From an uncultured Gammaproteobacteria bacterium (GTDB lineage: Bacteria > Pseudomonadota > Gammaproteobacteria > UBA9214), in the NCBI GenBank assembly GCA_963753755.1, contig CAVWDM010000016.1, positions 96,381-160,380 of the forward strand: DNA of 64,000 bases. Direction: 5' to 3'. The notes under the pieces are model-generated. The model did no database searches, was not told where the DNA came from, and was given only the letters and a program-made list of their open reading frames with translations. This document shows, one piece after another, positions 59,574 to 64,000 of this stretch. A program made the position numbers and the translations under genes. Every line of letters starts with the position of its first letter. Position 1 is the stretch's first letter.

Positions 59574-60479
59574 ATGAGAATTGCAATCCTGTCACGTAAC
59601 TCGAAGCTGTACTCGACCAGCCGTCTGGTCGAGGCAGCAAAGAAACGGGGGCATGAGGTACGGGTGCTGGACACACTGAAGTGCTACATGGATATTGCGT
59701 CCATGCGTCCCAGCGTGCATTACAAGGGTGAGAAACTGGAGCCCTTTGATGCGGTGATACCGCGAATCGGCGCCTCGATCACCTTTTATGGTGCAGCCGT
59801 CCTGCGGCAGTTCGAGATGATGGGCGCCTACCCGGCGAATGAGTCGGTTGCTCTGACAAGGTCCCGTGACAAGTTGCGCTCCCTGCAGATCATGGCACGG
59901 GCGGGCATTGGTCTTCCCCTGACGGGGTTTGCCAGTTTGCCGGATAGTACCAAGGACCTTATCAAGGTTGTTGGCGGGGCCCCGCTGGTTGTTAAATTGC
60001 TTGAAGGTACCCAGGGTAAAGGGGTCGTGCTGGCAGAAACGCAAAAGGCGGCGGAAAGTCTCATCGATGCCTTCCGCGAGCTCAATGCCAACTTCCTGGT
60101 GCAGGAATTCATCAGGGAAGCCGGTGGTGCCGATATCCGCGCCTTTGTGATCGGAGACAGGGTGGTCGCCGCCATGCAGCGCCAGGCCAAGGAGGGCGAA
60201 TTCCGCTCCAATCTGCATCGCGGTGGTACGGCCAAGATCATCAGGCTGACACCGGAGGAACGCTCGACCGCTGTGCGTGCGGCACGCAAGATGGGGCTGA
60301 ACGTGTCGGGTGTCGACATACTGCGTTCCAACCACGGGCCGGTGGTGATGGAGGTAAACTCCTCACCGGGTCTGCGCGGCATCGAGGAGGCGACAGGCAA
60401 GGATGTTGCCGATCTTGTCATCCAGTTTATCGAGAAAAACGCCAAGCCGCACTCGACACGCACGCGGGGTAAGGGGTGA
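59574..60479 (+). CDS. rimK: Ribosomal protein S6 L-glutamate ligase RimK.
   Basis: Canonical RimK sequence with an AGGAGA RBS. Confidence 0.9.
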   Translation: MRIAILSRNSKLYSTSRLVEAAKKRGHEVRVLDTLKCYMDIASMRPSVHYKGEKLEPFDAVIPRIGASITFYGAAVLRQFEMMGAYPANESVALTRSRDKLRSLQIMARAGIGLPLTGFASLPDSTKDLIKVVGGAPLVVKLLEGTQGKGVVLAETQKAAESLIDAFRELNANFLVQEFIREAGGADIRAFVIGDRVVAAMQRQAKEGEFRSNLHRGGTAKIIRLTPEERSTAVRAARKMGLNVSGVDILRSNHGPVVMEVNSSPGLRGIEEATGKDVADLVIQFIEKNAKPHSTRTRGKG

Positions 60480-60480
60480 G

Positions 60481-61515
60481 GTGAAGGCGACTATCGAAAT
60501 TGGTGATGAGAAGGTTATGCCGGGCGAACGCAAGATCGTCAATCTCCCCGTTGCACGTCTCTATACACATACCGATCTCCATATGCCGGTGGAAGTAATC
60601 AATGGCCGCCATGACGGGCCACGCTTGTTTGTCAGTGCGGCCATCCATGGTGACGAACTGAACGGTGTCGAGGTTATCCGCCGACTGCTGCGACATTCCG
60701 CGCTGAAACGCCTGCGCGGTTGCTTGATTGCGGTACCCGTCGTCAATGTTCATGGCATGTTGCACCGCTCCCGCTACCTGCCGGACCGGCGCGACCTCAA
60801 TCGCAGTTTTCCCGGCAGCGACCGTGGCTCTCTGGCGGCTCGCATCGCCAGCCTGTTCATGCGGGAAATCGTTGCCAATTGCACGCATGGTATTGATCTG
60901 CATACCGGTGCAATTTACCGGGACAACCTGCCGCAGGTGCGTGCCGATCTCAACGATCCGGATACGCGCTCGCTGGCCGAGGCATTCGGGACGCCGGTGC
61001 TGATCAATTCGGATCTCCGCGACGGTTCACTGCGGGAAGCCGCCTCGGAGTCCGGTATCCCGATGTTGCTCTACGAGGCGGGGGAAGCGCTGCGTTTTGA
61101 CGAGGTCGCTATCAGGGTGGGCCTGCGTGGCGTGCTCCGCGTCATGCGTTCACTGGGCATGATTCCAAGCGTGAAGCGCAAGGGGCCGCGGGTGCAACCG
61201 GTGATTGCACAGAGCTCCACCTGGATTCGGGCACCTGAAAGTGGAATCCTGTGGTCCAATCACAGACTGGGTGCACATGTGACAAAAGGCGATGTCATCG
61301 GACGCATTGCCGCACCGCTGAGTCATTCGGAACATGCAGTGAGGGCACTCACTGACGGTATCCTCATCGGACGAACGCATTTACCGCTGGTCTTTGAGGG
61401 CGAGGCCTTGTTTCATGTCGCACGTTTCAAGGGGGTTGCCTCTGTCGCCGAGCAGGTGGAGGCGCTGCACCAGGACCTGGAGCCGTCGCCACCCGTTATT
61501 GGTGAACCGGATTGA
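60481..61515 (+). CDS. Succinylglutamate desuccinylase/aspartoacylase-family (AstE/AspA) zinc hydrolase.
   Basis: GTG start 1 nt after the rimK stop, with an AAGGGG RBS. Contains HGDELNG and E...H zinc-site-like motifs. Confidence 0.8.
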   Translation: MKATIEIGDEKVMPGERKIVNLPVARLYTHTDLHMPVEVINGRHDGPRLFVSAAIHGDELNGVEVIRRLLRHSALKRLRGCLIAVPVVNVHGMLHRSRYLPDRRDLNRSFPGSDRGSLAARIASLFMREIVANCTHGIDLHTGAIYRDNLPQVRADLNDPDTRSLAEAFGTPVLINSDLRDGSLREAASESGIPMLLYEAGEALRFDEVAIRVGLRGVLRVMRSLGMIPSVKRKGPRVQPVIAQSSTWIRAPESGILWSNHRLGAHVTKGDVIGRIAAPLSHSEHAVRALTDGILIGRTHLPLVFEGEALFHVARFKGVASVAEQVEALHQDLEPSPPVIGEPD

Positions 61516-61699
61516 CAGCAGCGGTATCCACCGGCGACACGTAAAAATTTTACCCCACAGTTCATGGGCTTATCTGTCCCGTGTTTCGGTTTTCCCTAAT
61601 AGATTCGAGCCGCTGACTATGGAATAGTGCGGGTTACCGAGGCCATTGAAATTATTAACATAATCAGTCGATAACCACTTTCCGGTTGGTGCTCTGCCC

Positions 61700-63445
61700 A
61701 TGACAGAAGAGGATGTTTCAACACTAACCATCAAGCCAGCGCAGCATTTTACCCTGATCTGGGTCGCTCTGTTGGTCGGTGTGGGTTTTTGCATCGCCGA
61801 CATCTTTGTTGATGCCATACCGTTTAATGAAGTGACACTGCGCAGACAGTTGCTGCAGCCGTCGGCATCCGAGCTGTGGATGCGCTTGAGTGTCATCGCT
61901 TTTTTTCTCGGTTTCGGGATTTACGCCTTCACTGTTCTGCGACGCGAGCAGATTGCCAGCACACGCAAGCAGGAAGCGGAAATGCGCTTCAAGGTCCTGT
62001 TCGATTCGGCAGCGGAGTTCATCTTTCTCATCGATGCGGAAGGGACCATCCTGCATGCCAACCAGAACGTATTTACAGTCAGTGGTTATCGTGAAGACGA
62101 AGTCATCGGCAGGCATATCAAGGCGTATTTCACCCCGGATTCGCAACATACCTGTGATTGCAGTTTTCCCGGTTTGCGGGAACGCGGCCACAACCGGGCA
62201 GACATCGAGTTTGTTTGCAAGGATGGCCGCATCCTTCACATGGAATGCTCGGCCACCGCTGTCCCCGATGAACACGGAAATTTCACCAGTTTCCTGATCA
62301 TTCAGCGGGATGTCTCGCAACGGCTGCAGGTGGCCCGTGAGCTCGAGCAGAGTGAGCGGCGCTTTCGTGCCATTTTCAATTCCACTTATCAGTTCATCGG
62401 CCTGCTCAACCCGAATGGAACGGTACTTGAAGCTAACCAGACAGCGCTTGATTTTATCGGACTCAGCAACGACGATGTTGTCGGTAAGCCGTTCTGGGAA
62501 ACACCCTGGTGGACACATTCAGCAGCGCTGCAGCGTCGCATCAGGGAGGGAATACACGAGGCGGCGCATGGCAAACGGGTGCGCTTTGATGCCGAGCATA
62601 TCAGCAAGGATGGGCAGAGAATCGATATCGAATTTTCGCTGAAGCCGGTTCTGGACGAGCAGGGCGAGATCGTGCTGCTCATCCCCGAAGGTCATGATAT
62701 CAGCGAGCGCAAACACGCCGAGGAAAACGCGCGCCGCATGCAGCAGGAATCTGCTCACATGATGCGTGTCAATATCATGGGTGAGATGGCTTCCGGCATG
62801 GCCCACGAGCTCAACCAGCCACTGGCTGCACTGGTCAGCTACTGCGGTACGGCGCTGAAGATGGTACGGGATGCACCGTCGCTGCCGGATGGTCTTGTGG
62901 ATATACTCGAGCGCGCCTCCGGGCAGGCACATCGTGCGGGGGATGTGATCCATCACTTGCGTGAGTTCGTCAGCAAGGGCAACAATAACAAGTCCAGGGT
63001 TATACTGGATGATATGGTACAGGATGTGATCGATTTCATCAGCTGGGAAACGCGCAACAGTGACATACAGATTAATTTCCTGCCGGCTGCCTTCACGCGT
63101 GAAGTATCTATCGACAAGGTCCAGGTCGAGCAGGTGCTGATCAACCTGATACGGAACAGTATCGAGGCGATCAGGCTGGCCGCTATTTCCGGCGGACGGG
63201 TGGATATTGCAACCCGTCCGACAGCGGATGGCTCAATCGAGGTGAGCGTTGCCGATAACGGACCCGGTATCGATCCGGCAGTGGCTGACTCGCTGTTTGA
63301 ACCCTACCAGACCAGCAAGGAGACCGGCATGGGTATGGGGCTGTCTATCAGCCGCTCGATCATCGAGGCTCATGATGGCAAATTGTGGGTAGAGCAGCAG
63401 CAGCAGGGTGCCGTTTTCTGCATAAAGTTACCGGAGTGTGCTTGA
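61700..63445 (+). CDS. PAS-domain sensor histidine kinase (FixL/NtrB-like).
   Basis: N-terminal TM segments, two PAS domains, an H-box (MAHELNQPLAAL), an N-box, and G-boxes (DNGPGI, GMGMGLSISR). Confidence 0.85.
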   Translation: MTEEDVSTLTIKPAQHFTLIWVALLVGVGFCIADIFVDAIPFNEVTLRRQLLQPSASELWMRLSVIAFFLGFGIYAFTVLRREQIASTRKQEAEMRFKVLFDSAAEFIFLIDAEGTILHANQNVFTVSGYREDEVIGRHIKAYFTPDSQHTCDCSFPGLRERGHNRADIEFVCKDGRILHMECSATAVPDEHGNFTSFLIIQRDVSQRLQVARELEQSERRFRAIFNSTYQFIGLLNPNGTVLEANQTALDFIGLSNDDVVGKPFWETPWWTHSAALQRRIREGIHEAAHGKRVRFDAEHISKDGQRIDIEFSLKPVLDEQGEIVLLIPEGHDISERKHAEENARRMQQESAHMMRVNIMGEMASGMAHELNQPLAALVSYCGTALKMVRDAPSLPDGLVDILERASGQAHRAGDVIHHLREFVSKGNNNKSRVILDDMVQDVIDFISWETRNSDIQINFLPAAFTREVSIDKVQVEQVLINLIRNSIEAIRLAAISGGRVDIATRPTADGSIEVSVADNGPGIDPAVADSLFEPYQTSKETGMGMGLSISRSIIEAHDGKLWVEQQQQGAVFCIKLPECA

Positions 63446-63449
63446 TACC

Positions 63450-64000
63450 ATGGTTACAGAGAGACGTGTTTTTCTAATCGATGACGACATGGCCGTATGC
63501 CATGCACTGTCGGTGTTTCTGGAATCCTGTGGCTACATCGTGAGCATGTACCACTCTGCAGAGGCCTTCCTGGCGGAGGCAACGCCTGTCAGCAATGGCG
63601 TTATGCTGCTGGACCAGCGCATGACCGGAATGTCCGGCCTGGAGTTGCAGGATGAGTTGGGCAGGCGCCACGTTGAGTTGCCGATTATCTTCATTACGGG
63701 TCACGGGGATGTGCAGATGTCCGTGAAGGCCGTCAAGGCCGGTGCCATAGATTTCCTTGAAAAGCCGTTTAGCAATGAGGCCCTGCTCGCGAGCATTAGT
63801 GAGGCCTTTTTACAATTCGATAGCCAACAACATCACCGCGACTCGGTTACCGAGATGAATCGACGCTTTGCACGCCTGACGGAACGCGAACGGGAGGTCA
63901 TGAAGCATGTCGTTGCCGGTTTATCAAACAGGCAACTGGCAAAACGACTGGGTGTCAGTGACCGCACGGTTGAAGTACATCGCTCCAGGGGCATGAAAAA
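63450..64000 (+). CDS. FixJ/NarL-family response regulator, truncated at the 3' end by the window edge.
   Basis: Receiver-domain sequence VFLIDDDMAVCHALSVFLESCGY...LLDQRMTGMSG. The LuxR-type HTH begins near the edge. Confidence 0.8.
   Translation, partial: MVTERRVFLIDDDMAVCHALSVFLESCGYIVSMYHSAEAFLAEATPVSNGVMLLDQRMTGMSGLELQDELGRRHVELPIIFITGHGDVQMSVKAVKAGAIDFLEKPFSNEALLASISEAFLQFDSQQHHRDSVTEMNRRFARLTEREREVMKHVVAGLSNRQLAKRLGVSDRTVEVHRSRGMK

Noticed and set aside
59592-60463. Two long minus-strand ORFs (247 aa and 211 aa).
   Set aside because: They are antisense to the canonical rimK gene. They have no motifs and show high-GC frame bias.

Overview
This 64-kb window reads as gene-dense chromosomal DNA of a high-GC (about 58-60%) Proteobacterium, probably a gammaproteobacterium, with roughly 55 protein-coding genes and no rRNA, tRNA or CRISPR. 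Gene content falls into several blocks.

- A truncated di-haem cytochrome c peroxidase start (1..281).
- A secreted protein with two near-identical tandem peptidoglycan-binding domains, a PEP-CTERM protein, a YpfJ-type zinc metallopeptidase and a large hybrid histidine kinase.
- A complete DUF3450-ExbB(long)-ExbB-ExbD-TonB-TPR energy-transduction cluster next to a TonB-dependent receptor (9982..17065).
- The most interesting block (17.2-25.6 kb): the four-gene Anbu (proteasome-homologue) module of transglutaminase-like, Anbu, alpha-E and circularly permuted ATP-grasp genes, directly abutting a second predicted amidoligase-peptidase pair (a RimK-type ATP-grasp with an RLAN-like N-domain, and a GNAT/C39-like peptidase fusion).
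- A large ion-homeostasis region carrying three CPA antiporters, CorA, two MgtE plus a stand-alone MgtE N-domain/CBS protein, two CNNM/CorC-type proteins, a P-type ATPase, two Na/Pi cotransporters, three MscS-like channels and BON and tandem-Usp proteins.
- Two RimK paralogues, one orphan and one in a DUF785-RimK-desuccinylase operon.
- An SLT-SPOR lytic transglycosylase.
- An AT-rich islet with small membrane proteins.
- A PAS kinase/FixJ-like regulator pair running off the 3' end.

Two structural oddities are a roughly 220-bp direct repeat that duplicates the 3' end of an ECF sigma-factor gene around a 2.7-kb Na/Pi-cotransporter cassette, and a structured leader with a heptamer tandem repeat between divergent Mg2+ transporter genes. 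All functional calls rest on motif and family recognition by eye from the translations; no database search was run.
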